A stretch of 63,865 nt of DNA, counting the filler, from Octopus bimaculoides (Eukaryota): NCBI RefSeq assembly GCF_001194135.2. It is 7 parts of 7 records of this genome, joined end to end, with 100 filler letters (N's around TTAATTAATTAA, not from the genome) between each part and the next. Parts side by side here need not be neighbours in the genome. Positions count along the whole stretch, not along the records: positions 49,416 to 59,405 come from NC_069004.1; positions 59,506 to 61,656 come from NW_026310189.1; positions 61,757 to 63,865 come from NC_068988.1; 4 more parts are not named here. One strand, given 5' to 3'. Below the pieces are notes generated by a model. That model had not been told where the DNA came from and did not search any database. It saw nothing but the letters and a program-made list of their open reading frames with translations. This document shows positions 52,845-63,865 of this stretch, in pieces (position 1 is the stretch's first letter; each line of letters starts with the position of its first letter). The position numbers were made by a program, and so were the translations under genes.

Positions 52845-53085
52845 ATGTACGTGGTGTAGTGGTTAGGGTGTTGCACTCAAGATCACAAGGTCGTGGTTTC
52901 GGTTCCCGGACCGAGCGATGCGTTGTGTTTTTGAATGAAACACTTCGTTTCACGCTTCTCCAGTCCACTCAGCTGTAAATGGGTTACCCTGTGACTGGCT
53001 GGCGTCCCGTTCAGATGTGTTGTGATCTCTGTCACTTACACACAGTAGAAACTGGGTACCAGGCCTTATCAATCCTACGACTCGA
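52845..53085 (+). mobile_element. tRNA-derived CORE-type SINE (family F)
   Basis: A-box TGGTGTAGTGG, B-box-like GGTTTCGGTTCCC, followed by CTCCAGTCCACTCAGCTG. Confidence 0.8.
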
Positions 53086-53621
53086 GACAATTGTGTCCAG
53101 GGGTTGACGATGCTGCATTTGCTGCTACTGATGATGATATATGGCTCGTGAAAACATGGATCTACCCACAAAGAATGGCCCTGAGCAAAATCTTTGTAAT
53201 TATGGGGGATCAGCAGTTACCCATGCATGCAAGTTTGGTCTCTCCGGGACACCGATGTTGCCCAAGAGGAAAAGCTAACCTAGCACCAGGTGTCGACAAA
53301 AACGTTGCTTGTCAGGACAAAAAGAGCCGAACAAACATTCCCTTATCAATCAAACATGTCCAGAAATTGACGACCACACATTCTTGCATTCGTCTACGTA
53401 GTCTGCAGGACAAACTTTCCATTCTTTTTTCATCTCTATCATAAAGAGCATTACCCGAAACGTTGGATTCTTTTCTGTTTCTGCCCTTGCTGTATACTTT
53501 TTTGTTTGTTATTTCTTCTTTGCTTTATATTTCCACGCTTTTCGGGCACGTATGACACCGAGTGTAATTTATCTTTGTTTGTTTCCGCTTTGTCTCAAAT
53601 TTTCTTCGTGTTGTTTTTATT

Positions 53622-53795
53622 ACTCTTTTACTTGTTTCAGTCATTTGACTGCGGCCATGCTGGAGCACCGCTTTTAGTCGAGCAAATCGACCCCAGGATT
53701 TATTCTTTGTAAGCCTAGTACTTATTTTATCAGTCTCTTTTGCCGAACCTCTAAGTTACGGGAACGTAAACACAACAGCATCAGTTGTCAAGCGA
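53622..53795 (-). mobile_element. SINE B/C 3' half
   Basis: TTTACTTGTTTCAGTCATTTGACTGCGGCCATGCTGGAGCACCGC... Confidence 0.9.
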
Positions 53796-54583
53796 TNNNN
53801 NNNNNNNNNNNNNNNNNNNNNNNNNNNNNNNNNNNNNNNNNNNNNNNNNNNNNNNNNNNNNNNNNNNNNNNNNNNNNNNNNNNNNNNNNNNNNNNNNNNN
53901 NNNNNNNNNNNNNNNNNNNNNNNNNNNNNNNNNNNNNNNNNNNNNNNNNNNNNNNNNNNNNNNNNNNNNNNNNNNNNNNNNNNNNNNNNNNNNNNNNNNN
54001 NNNNNNNNNNNNNNNNNNNNNNNNNNNNNNNNNNNNNNNNNNNNNNNNNNNNNNNNNNNNNNNNNNNNNNNNNNNNNNNNNNNNNNNNNNNNNNNNNNNN
54101 NNNNNNNNNNNNNNNNNNNNNNNNNNNNNNNNNNNNNNNNNNNNNNNNNNNNNNNNNNNNNNNNNNNNNNNNNNNNNNNNNNNNNNNNNNNNNNNNNNNN
54201 NNNNNNNNNNNNNNNNNNNNNNNNNNNNNNNNNNNNNNNNNNNNNNNNNNNNNNNNNNNNNNNNNNNNNNNNNNNNNNNNNNNNNNNNNNNNNNNNNNNN
54301 NNNNNNNNNNNNNNNNNNNNNNNNNNNNNNNNNNNNNNNNNNNNNNNNNNNNNNNNNNNNNNNNNNNNNNNNNNNNNNNNNNNNNNNNNNNNNNNNNNNN
54401 NNNNNNNNNNNNNNNNNNNNNNNNNNNNNNNNNNNNNNNNNNNNNNNNNNNNNNNNNNNNNNNNNNNNNNNNNNNNNNNNNNNNNNNNNNNNNNNNNNNN
54501 NNNNNNNNNNNNNNNNNNNNNNNNNNNNNNNNNNNNNNNNNNNNNNNNNNNNNNNNNNNNNNNNNNNNNNNNNNNNNNNNNNN

Positions 54584-54621
<38 letters not shown>

Positions 54622-55566
54622 TATATATGTAAATGTGTGTGTGTGTGTGTGTGTGTGAGTAAACACACATATATCATCAGGTGATATTCCTCGCATCTCA
54701 ATTTCATATACCACCCCACTCACTATTTGTCTAGCATTATCATCACAGATATCTCCCTCTGTGTTATCACTAACACAATACCACCTCAATAGTACCAACA
54801 CCCCCCCTCTCAGTAGCCTCAACCCAACCCCACCCCACCATCGATAACATTATTAACCCCATTACCAAACATCATAAGAACCACATTAGCCACTGCTTGT
54901 GGTGAGAAAACGAATTGATGACTTGGTATCTGAATTATATATCTAGATTAGAAATTAATGAAGGCGACTTTAAATATAGCAAAAACATCGTAGAATTTTG
55001 GCAACTGGAATCACTTTTAACAGTTTTCGCACAAGTGATAGATCTCCAGACCAAATATTTTTTGCTTAAATAGAATTGAAAGAGTTAGGCCACCAGAGAA
55101 TGTTGGTAGACAATGTAATACTAAACAATGATTAGTGGGCTTGGAGAATTGGTAGGTTGGCGGACAAATTGTTAAATATTTTGGCAGAATAGGTTGATTG
55201 TAGGACAAACTGTTCACTAAGTTGGCAGAACTAGATGGTTGTCAGAAAAATTGATCATTGGGTTGGTAGAATTGGTAGACTGTCGAACAAATTGCAATGC
55301 AGTGTTATCTCTTTCTACGTTCTGACTTCAAATCTGCTCTCGACGAGATTTCACTCTCCCAAGCTCGATGAAATAAGTGGTAGCAGTAATATCCTAGTAA
55401 TATCATTTAATCCACAAATTTGCAACTTCGTGCCCCTAGACAGAGATCAATGGCCTAGGAGGACATGACGCGGTAACGTGATAGGAACCAAAAATATTGC
55501 GGTCTTGCTTCCCTGTGATAAAGTATATATATATATCTGTAAATAATATGTGACAATTATTCGGTA

Positions 55567-55636
55567 GCCAAGATAAAACTCCGAGTTTCGGATGTCGGGG
55601 CGGAAATCCACGACGGCATCTCTTCAGTTATCTGGC
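55567..55636 (-). ncRNA. Type I hammerhead-ribozyme-like motif
   Basis: Minus strand GCCAGATAA-CTGAAGA-[31-nt stem II]-GAAA-CTCGGAG-TT-TTATCT-T-GGC: intact core boxes, stem I 6+3 bp, palindromic stem III, GUU triplet. Confidence 0.7.
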
Positions 55637-55641
55637 CATCG

Positions 55642-55883
55642 AAAAATGCTATGAAAATGACCACTAAACAAAGTAAAATTACTTTCTGATTGACCATTAT
55701 TAAGACAAAAGAACTATTAGAATGACCGCTAAGTAAGGGGAGGGAGTAAAGGTGGACATTTTTACTCCCTTACCTTTACTTCCTCCCCTTACTTAGCGGT
55801 CATTCTAATAGCTCTTTTGTCTTAATAACGGTCAATCACACAGTAATTTCCCTTTGTTTAACGGTCATTTTCATAGCATTTTT
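55642..55883. repeat. Long inverted repeat (112-bp arms, 18-nt loop)
   Basis: Arms 55642-55753 and 55772-55883, 9 mismatches by manual alignment; the right arm runs into a gap. Confidence 0.95.
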
Positions 55884-56627
55884 NNNNNNNNNNNNNNNNN
55901 NNNNNNNNNNNNNNNNNNNNNNNNNNNNNNNNNNNNNNNNNNNNNNNNNNNNNNNNNNNNNNNNNNNNNNNNNNNNNNNNNNNNNNNNNNNNNNNNNNNN
56001 NNNNNNNNNNNNNNNNNNNNNNNNNNNNNNNNNNNNNNNNNNNNNNNNNNNNNNNNNNNNNNNNNNNNNNNNNNNNNNNNNNNNNNNNNNNNNNNNNNNN
56101 NNNNNNNNNNNNNNNNNNNNNNNNNNNNNNNNNNNNNNNNNNNNNNNNNNNNNNNNNNNNNNNNNNNNNNNNNNNNNNNNNNNNNNNNNNNNNNNNNNNN
56201 NNNNNNNNNNNNNNNNNNNNNNNNNNNNNNNNNNNNNNNNNNNNNNNNNNNNNNNNNNNNNNNNNNNNNNNNNNNNNNNNNNNNNNNNNNNNNNNNNNNN
56301 NNNNNNNNNNNNNNNNNNNNNNNNNNNNNNNNNNNNNNNNNNNNNNNNNNNNNNNNNNNNNNNNNNNNNNNNNNNNNNNNNNNNNNNNNNNNNNNNNNNN
56401 NNNNNNNNNNNNNNNNNNNNNNNNNNNNNNNNNNNNNNNNNNNNNNNNNNNNNNNNNNNNNNNNNNNNNNNNNNNNNNNNNNNNNNNNNNNNNNNNNNNN
56501 NNNNNNNNNNNNNNNNNNNNNNNNNNNNNNNNNNNNNNNNNNNNNNNNNNNNNNNNNNNNNNNNNNNNNNNNNNNNNNNNNNNNNNNNNNNNNNNNNNNN
56601 NNNNNNNNNNNNNNNNNNNNNNNNNNN

Positions 56628-56675
<48 letters not shown>

Positions 56676-56889
56676 GTGCAGCAGGTATAGAAAACAGACA
56701 CTTGAAAATGAAATAAATCTCACGCTGAAATAAATCTGCGAAAATATGGTGGATTCTATGATTTTGGTAATTCAATATGCGACTGGTGGTCGACGGTTGG
56801 TTGAGAAAGGTTTCTTTTGCTGCTGGATTTGAGTTGCACGTGAATGGCAAAGGAATGTAGTGCAGTGATATATGAGAAGACGAAGATAA

Positions 56890-57025
56890 CGATGATGGTG
56901 ATGATGATGATGATGATGCGGATGATGCCGATGCTGATGATGGTGGTAGTGATGATGATGGTGAAGAGGAAAGAAAAGAATAAGGATGATGGAGACAGCA
57001 ATGTCAACAACGATGATGATGATTA
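56890..57025. repeat. Degenerate (ATG)n/(GTG)n tract
   Basis: Direct reading. Confidence 0.9.
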
Positions 57026-57067
57026 TAATGGTGAGAGAAGGAAGATGACAACGACGGTACAATATTG

Positions 57068-57297
57068 TTATTATTGGCACAGGCCCAGCAACTTCAGGGG
57101 GCAGGGTTAATTCGATAACACCGATCTCAGTGTTCAGTAAGTACCAATAAGGACCCCGATGTTCAATAATTCGAAGCCAATCCTTTCGGGGTCGATAAAT
57201 TAAGTACCAGTGAAACACTGGGGTCGATGAAATCGACTAGTCCCCTCCCCGCAAATTTCAGGTCTTGTGCCTATAGTAGAAAGCATCATCATCATCA

Positions 57298-57328
<31 letters not shown>

Positions 57329-57470
57329 TATTACGGTGGCGAACTGGCAGAATCATTAGCGTACTGGACGAAATGCTTAACGGTATTTCGCCCGTTGCTA
57401 CGTTCTGAGTTCAAATTCCGCCGAGTTTGACTTTGCCATTCATTCTTTCGGGGTCGATAAATTAAGTACT
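57068..57470. mobile_element. Cluster of three SINE-A fragments (minus 57068-57170; plus 57175-57275; plus 57335-57470)
   Basis: Family motifs in both orientations around (ATC)n/(ATT)n. Confidence 0.8.
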
Positions 57471-57809
57471 AGAGAAACGGTGTGATTGTATAATTCTAGA
57501 GAGGAGGAAAAGGTAGACACAGGAGGTTTTGTGGTGTCCATCACTCTCTACCGAGACAATTGGGTGATAATTAATGCACGATACTAACTGACTACCACCA
57601 CCCCGATTTCGCTAAACCGTAACATAAGCAGAAGTAAATTGCTTTTTGCTAAAACATGAAGAAATCATTTCGTCAAGCAAATTTGAATATCGTCAGAAAA
57701 CAACTGAAGAATTTAGAAACGAAACAGTTTTTATAGTTAACTAAAGAAAGACCGGAAAATATAAAAAGTCGACAGTTTAAACAAAAGCAGACTTGCCAAA
57801 CATTTAAAT

Positions 57810-57885
<76 letters not shown>

Positions 57886-58289
57886 CCATACTTCTGTTGC
57901 ATACGACAGATTTTAATTGTTTTATTCGACTGAACGGCTATTTGCAGCATCAGTGAATGTTTGACTGAATTTTTTCTTGGCATATGGTTGGCTGTGAGTA
58001 TATGCTACTGACAAAGCTCATATAAGCAGAAATGCAACCAGCATTCTCACTTGCCACTGCTAAGACGATCTTCATCTGCTTTCGGTATATTTTGAGCTTT
58101 TTAAACAGCGCAGTATTTCCTATTTAAATGTTTGTTGATATACAATTGTAAAATTTAAAACGGTGGTTATAGAAATATTCTTTATAATGGATAAAAGTAA
58201 TTCACCGGAACTTATAATTTGCCACTTTGTTTATGTATTAGGAAGTGTTAGCTAAGATATTTCACTGAAATATTACGTTAATATTGGTT

Positions 58290-58480
58290 TCAAATTTTGG
58301 CACAAGGCTTGCAATTTCGGGGGAGGGAGCAAGTCAATTACACTGACCCCGGTGCATAACTGATACTTATTTTATCGACCCTGAAAGGATGAAAGGCAGA
58401 ATTTGAACTCAGAGCGTAAAGTCGAAAGAAATGACTTTAAGCATTTTGTCTTGCATGGTTACTGTTCTGCCAGCACGACG
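58290..58480 (-). mobile_element. SINE family A
   Basis: Reverse-strand match including TTTATCGACCCTGAAAGGATGAAAGGC. Confidence 0.82.
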
Positions 58481-59031
58481 CCTCGTATTACGTTAATATC
58501 GAGGACAAAGTTATGTGAAAAATTCTCTTTGACAATTATTGTCAATTTTAGATATTACTAACACACACACACATTGACAAAAGTAAACACTCTTATGCGA
58601 TTACTCCACCTCCTAGAAATAGCAGCCAGTTCACCTGCAAATCACCCAGAAACACATATAATGAACAAAACAGAACCTTGACTCGGAACATCGTTTATGG
58701 AGATGTTATCTGTGTAAGTATTGTAGAATGCATATACTAACGTTGCAGAATATGAAATAAAATATTAAAAAAGTATTTAGTTAAGCAATATTAAAATTTC
58801 ATTAATTTACTCAATTAAAAATCGCCTGACACAATATCTATTTTCTGAAAATGCAAATACAGGTAAAGGTAATAAGTTTCTCACCATATTTGAAATGAGA
58901 AACCATTTAAATGAAAAACGTTTACCATCTTGCTATCGGCAATATCACAAATATCATTGAACTGTAATATAATATCAGAGATTAAAGACAAACACAAATT
59001 TCGCTTTGATATTTAGCTTTTAGTTTACATT

Positions 59032-59405
59032 GTGCGTGCGGTTAAGAAACTTGCTTTGCAACAATTTGGCTTCGGGTTCAATCCCATTGCACGGCACCTT
59101 GAGAATGTGTCTCCGACTATAGACCTTGGCCAATCGCAGACAATGCTTTGTGTGAGAGAATTTGGTTGACGGAAAGTAAGTGAAGGCCAGTCGTGTTTGT
59201 GTGTGTGTGTGTGTGGTTGTTCCACCTCTCAACTCTTGAAAACCGGTATTGGTTTGTTTACGGCCTAGTAACTTCGTAATTCAGCAAAAATGACTCATAG
59301 AATAAATACCAGACTGAAAATGAAAAATGGAATTCACATGTTTATCGAAGCCTTTCAAGGCGGTGTTCCTGCTGGGCCGCAAATCCTAAGTCTAAAATAA
59401 GTAAA
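59032..59405 (+). mobile_element. Full-length, diverged composite SINE B/C
   Basis: tRNA-like head GGGTTCAATCCC, CORE-like segment, internal (GT)n, tail GGCGGTGTTCC. Confidence 0.8.
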
Positions 59406-59565
59406 NNNNNNNNNNNNNNNNNNNNNNNNNNNNNNNNNNNNNNNNNNNNTTAATTAATTAANNNNNNNNNNNNNNNNNNNNNNNNNNNNNNNNNNNNNNN
59501 NNNNNCTAATGATGTTATTTTCCTGCCGGCATGTTATGACTTTCAAGCCATATTTAGTTTTCTCG

Positions 59566-59816
59566 CTTCCAGGCCAGATTCCAAAAGTGGCGGGAACGCG
59601 GGGACCGGGGTATTGCTGTGCAAGGTAACTATTTCGAAGGAGATATATATATACACACACATATAGGAGGTGATATCAAAAAATTCCCAGACAATGTTTA
59701 ATAAGAAAAATAAGTTATTTACCTATGTTTTAACATCATCTCCTTCGAAATAGTCACCTTGCACAGCAATACCCCGGTCCTCGCGTTCCCGCCACTTTTG
59801 GAATCCGGCCTGGAAG
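59566..59816. mobile_element. Two mariner 3' ends arranged tail-to-tail
   Basis: 79-bp copies at 59566-59644 (+) and 59738-59816 (-), 3 mismatches, encoding FQA(R/G)FQKWRER.DRGIAVQG(N/D)YFEGD; TIR-like GGAGGTGATATCAAAAAATTCCCAGAC near 59666. Confidence 0.8.
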
Positions 59817-59899
59817 TTGTTTTCCCTAAACGAGTCAAGGACCTTCTGCGATTTGCTCTTTATCTTGACAATAGTATTAAAACAATAGTATTAAAACCA

Positions 59900-61655
59900 T
59901 CCTACCTATACCCCGTACGACATCCTACCGCCTTTTGCGCGCCACCATTCGTTCTAATCTCTCCAAAATACACACCATCGACCGTCTTCTCCCTCTTGCT
60001 TTTTCCATCTTCTTCTCCTCTCAGTTACCCTCCCATGTAAACACTACGTTACGTTACATAATTCATTTAAATCATCTCTTTCATCAATTTGTCGCTCACA
60101 CCAAAGTAAACTCCACTCACTCCGCCATTCCATCACACCCGATGCCACTACCCCTCTCCCTCCTTGATACGCTCCCCCACCCTCACCAAATCCCCATTCC
60201 TCCAAACCCCCACACACATACNNNNNNNNNNNNNNNNNNNNNNNNNNNNNNNNNNNNNNNNNNNNNNNNNNNNNNNNNNNNNNNNNNNNNNNNNNNNNNN
60301 NNNNNNNNNNNNNNNNNNNNNNNNNNNNNNNNNNNNNNNNNNNNNNNNNNNNNNNNNNNNNNNNNNNNNNNNNNNNNNNNNNNNNNNNNNNNNNNNNNNN
60401 NNNNNNNNNNNNNNNNNNNNNNNNNNNNNNNNNNNNNNNNNNNNNNNNNNNNNNNNNNNNNNNNNNNNNNNNNNNNNNNNNNNNNNNNNNNNNNNNNNNN
60501 NNNNNNNNNNNNNNNNNNNNNNNNNNNNNNNNNNNNNNNNNNNNNNNNNNNNNNNNNNNNNNNNNNNNNNNNNNNNNNNNNNNNNNNNNNNNNNNNNNNN
60601 NNNNNNNNNNNNNNNNNNNNNNNNNNNNNNNNNNNNNNNNNNNNNNNNNNNNNNNNNNNNNNNNNNNNNNNNNNNNNNNNNNNNNNNNNNNNNNNNNNNN
60701 NNNNNNNNNNNNNNNNNNNNNNNNNNNNNNNNNNNNNNNNNNNNNNNNNNNNNNNNNNNNNNNNNNNNNNNNNNNNNNNNNNNNNNNNNNNNNNNNNNNN
60801 NNNNNNNNNNNNNNNNNNNNNNNNNNNNNNNNNNNNNNNNNNNNNNNNNNNNNNNNNNNNNNNNNNNNNNNNNNNNNNNNNNNNNNNNNNNNNNNNNNNN
60901 NNNNNNNNNNNNNNNNNNNNNNNNNNNNNNNNNNNNNNNNNNNNNNNNNNNNNNNNNNNNNNNNNNNNNNNNNNNNNNNNNNNNNNNNNNNNNNNNNNNN
61001 NNNNNNNNNNNNNNNNNNNNNNNNNNNNNNNNNNNNNNNNNNNNNNNNNNNNNNNNNNNNNNNNNNNNNNNNNNNNNNNNNNNNNNNNNNNNNNNNNNNN
61101 NNNNNNNNNNNNNNNNNNNNNNNNNNNNNNNNNNNNNNNNNNNNNNNNNNNNNNNNNNNNNNNNNNNNNNNNNNNNNNNNNNNNNNNCTCGACATCCAGA
61201 ACCTTTACACGGTTATCCCTCACCACGAGGAGCTGCGTGCACTCCAACATTTCCTTGACCTTCGATCCAACCCTCAACCCGACACATGCACACTCGTTCG
61301 TCTGACCGAACTTGTCCTCTCACTCAACTGCTTCTGGTTCGCTAGTGATTTTTACCAGCATTCTCGAGAGTGGCCATGGGAACGAGAATGGGCCGCAACT
61401 ATGCGAACTTGTTCGTTGGCTACGTTGAGGCCCAAATATTCTCAAGTTTCACTGGTCCCACTCCCGAACTATACGGCGGTTATATTGACCACTGTATCGA
61501 GGCAACCTTACTCTCCCGCGAACATCTAGACTCCTTCCTCTCTTTTGCCAAATCTTTCCATCCTGCCCTCCACTTCTCCTGCACTATCTATGACACCTCT
61601 GTCTCATTTCTTGACATTTCGGTCAGCATTCATCACTCCACTCTCATCACCTCCA
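59900..61655 (+). mobile_element. Penelope-like element fragment (N-terminal region, gap, RT core)
   Basis: DIQNLYTVIPHHEELRALQHFLD...LVRLTELVLSLNCFWF, frameshift, VAMGTRMGRNYANLFVGYVE...YGGYIDH...SFLDISV: PLE RT motifs with the catalytic motif decayed. Confidence 0.88.
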
Positions 61656-61756
61656 TNNNNNNNNNNNNNNNNNNNNNNNNNNNNNNNNNNNNNNNNNNNN
61701 TTAATTAATTAANNNNNNNNNNNNNNNNNNNNNNNNNNNNNNNNNNNNNNNNNNNN

Positions 61757-61845
<89 letters not shown>

Positions 61846-61938
61846 CATATATATATATATATATATACACATACATACATACATACATACATACACACAC
61901 ACACACTCACAGGCACGCACACATATTATTCTGTGACA

Positions 61939-62041
61939 GGAATAGTATTGACTGTGACTTCGAAGTTTCAGCTTGTACAATTACTCTGATGATGGTTTAG
62001 CAGGCAGAAAAAAACTTCGCAGTCACTCTCAATACTATTCC
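61939..62041 (+). ncRNA. Decayed hammerhead-like core enclosed in a 30-bp inverted repeat
   Basis: CTGATGA at 61986-61992 and GAAA at 62007-62010; arms 61939-61968 and 62012-62041 match at 27/30. Confidence 0.4.
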
Positions 62042-62157
62042 TTTTAAAAATAATAAATATGTATTATGTAAAAAGTATTACGATCCTTTAATTTGATGTA
62101 AAATTACTTTTGTTCCACCTTAATATAAAAACAAATAATATACATATAAATAAACGG

Positions 62158-62338
62158 TGAGCGGACAGAAACGTTAGCACGTCGGGCAAAAATGCTTACC
62201 GGTATTTCGTCTGTATACCGAGGTCGACTTTGTCTTTCATCCTTTCAGGGTCGATAAAGTAAGTACCTGTTGAGCATTGGATGATGTAATCGGACCCTCC
62301 TCCGAAATTGCTGGCCTTGTGCCAAAATTTGTAACCAT
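62158..62338 (+). mobile_element. SINE family A (internally deleted)
   Basis: GAAACGTTAGCACGTCGGGC...GTCGACTTTGTCTTTCATCCTTTCAGGGTCGATAAAG...GCTGGCCTTGTGCC. Confidence 0.82.
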
Positions 62339-62394
62339 TATATCATATGCAAATATATATAATATATTCCTATGTATATGTGTATGATTATATG

Positions 62395-62432
<38 letters not shown>

Positions 62433-63020
62433 TGGTATCTATCTATCAACATACATACATACATACATACATGGATACTAAGTATCGAACCGCGAACGAA
62501 GATATCGTTATCTGTTATTATTACCATGTCATGCGCTTATGTTTAGATTCCATAATTAGCTGATTTTATATAGAATTGTCTTTTACTTTTTTTTGCTTGA
62601 AGCTTCTTTAAAATTATACCTTGTTCCTTCGTAAAATAAATCATTGCGTTTACTGAGTTTGGTTGTCAATACTTTTATGTTATTCATTGTGTCATAGACC
62701 AATACATAAGTGTATTTAAACCATGCTTAAATATACGGCTATATGATGACGAATGGAGACTAAACGATTCGAGACGTTGCGTTTTACAAACAAGAAACAA
62801 AGGAAAATAAGCTATGGAGATGTGGTTAACATACACAAAGTATTCCCACTGTAATGTGCAAAACTATCTAGAATATCAGCCTTCGTATTTGGAATCCTGA
62901 CAAGCATTTCAAGTTAGGTATCGAAGAAAATCAGCAATTGGGTTTTTCGCTTATTCTTAAATAATTGTGTTTATATCGTCCTTTTTTTGTTCGATTTCAG
63001 TAAAAGTAAAACAAAGAAAA

Positions 63021-63149
63021 ATGGCCACTTTTCGAAGATTGACACAGCAGGTTTATAACAAGAGTATATCTTGCGTAAACATGCGCAAGATAGCTACGTC
63101 AGCCACAGGAAAACAACGGGTAGCAGAGCTTGACGACACATTTATAACG
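63021..63149 (+). CDS. Candidate first coding exon; N-terminus resembles a mitochondrial presequence
   Basis: Acceptor CCTTTTTTTGTTCGATTTCAG| at 63000, GAAAA-ATG-G context, MATFRRLTQQVYNKSISCVNMRKIATSATGKQRVAELDDTFIT, phase-0 donor |GTTAGT at 63150. Confidence 0.6.
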
Positions 63150-63269
63150 GTTAGTTTGATTTCTTTTATTTTTTAAAACATTCTTTCATTTATATTTTCA
63201 AGTGTTACCGAAAAGTAAAAAAAAAAAAAAGAAAAAAGTTCCTATCTACTTAAATTCGTAGAAACTGCG

Positions 63270-63277
63270 TGACGTCA
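63270..63277. promoter_or_regulatory. Full CRE palindrome TGACGTCA in the intron after the ATG exon
   Basis: Exact 8-mer about 120 nt downstream of the donor; function is inference only. Confidence 0.3.
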
Positions 63278-63283
63278 TAGTTA

Positions 63284-63520
63284 TGAGGGATGTTCAAAGA
63301 GTTTTGAGACTAACATGAAGTGACACATACAACCATAAGTTGAAATCACGGTGAAAGGGAACATAAACAGGTTCAAAAATTTTAGAGCAACACCTTATAT
63401 AGAGAGAGGCACGTGACTCAACAGAGAAAATACTAGTAAATGGCTTCCAAAAGTGGTTATGAATCAAGATATTTGTAGAATAAGGCAAGGAAGCGTTATG
63501 AAATAGCAAGAAATGGCGTT
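63284..63520. mobile_element. Possible mariner-type remnant
   Basis: TA followed by TIR-like TGAGGGATGTTCAAAGAGTTTTGAGAC; no clear partner TIR. Confidence 0.35.
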
Positions 63521-63749
63521 TCCAGTGGGGAATCGAAACAATTGCAGTGACATTAAGCATTTTCACTTTTTAAATCATACATATATTTTGTTCCTTGCCC
63601 ACCTAGGAAAGGTTTAGCTTATCGGATATTTTGCACAGGACATATAATACAGAGTCGTTGATGTTGAAATTCCAACGGAGCCTTGCATTTTGGTTAGAAA
63701 CCGACTCTCTCTATTGGCAAGAGATCTTGAAATAAAATTGAACAATGGC

Positions 63750-63865
63750 ATGCATACATACATACATACATACATACATACATACATACATACATACATA
63801 CATACATACATACATACATACAGGCACACATATATTTATATATATATATATGAATATATATATAT
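63750..63865. repeat. (CATA)n and (AT)n microsatellites
   Basis: Direct reading. Confidence 0.95.

Noticed and set aside
52845-52915. tRNA gene (also 27748, 31838)
   Set aside because: A/B boxes continue into SINE body sequence and there is no complete cloverleaf.

Overview
AT-rich, repeat-dense animal DNA from a gapped draft assembly. The tRNA-derived SINE families, microsatellite load and LINE/DNA-transposon mix point to an octopod cephalopod (inference). Roughly a quarter of the window is N-gaps, and six gaps carry an artificial TTAATTAATTAA linker. Almost all ORFs in the supplied track are microsatellite or N-run artefacts. No complete gene, rRNA, tRNA or CRISPR array is visible. Host-gene evidence is limited to a 279-nt minus-strand exon (2563-2841) encoding two hydrophobic segments and a plus-strand ATG exon (63001-63149) that reads like a mitochondrial presequence, plus a few isolated plus-strand splice signals. 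Mobile DNA includes mariner, Tc1, pogo-like, hAT and piggyBac-type MITEs or relics, CR1-group and R4/Dong-like LINE ends, a Penelope-like RT fragment and many SINEs. The most interesting signal is a set of hammerhead-ribozyme-like motifs. The best are type I folds at 55567-55636 (-) and 20871-20920 (+), with decayed ones near 61939, 18148, 14537 and 45505. Three of these lie in or beside long foldback hairpins. A SINE 3' tail shared with the CR1-group LINE and a mariner built from two 5' ends are also notable.
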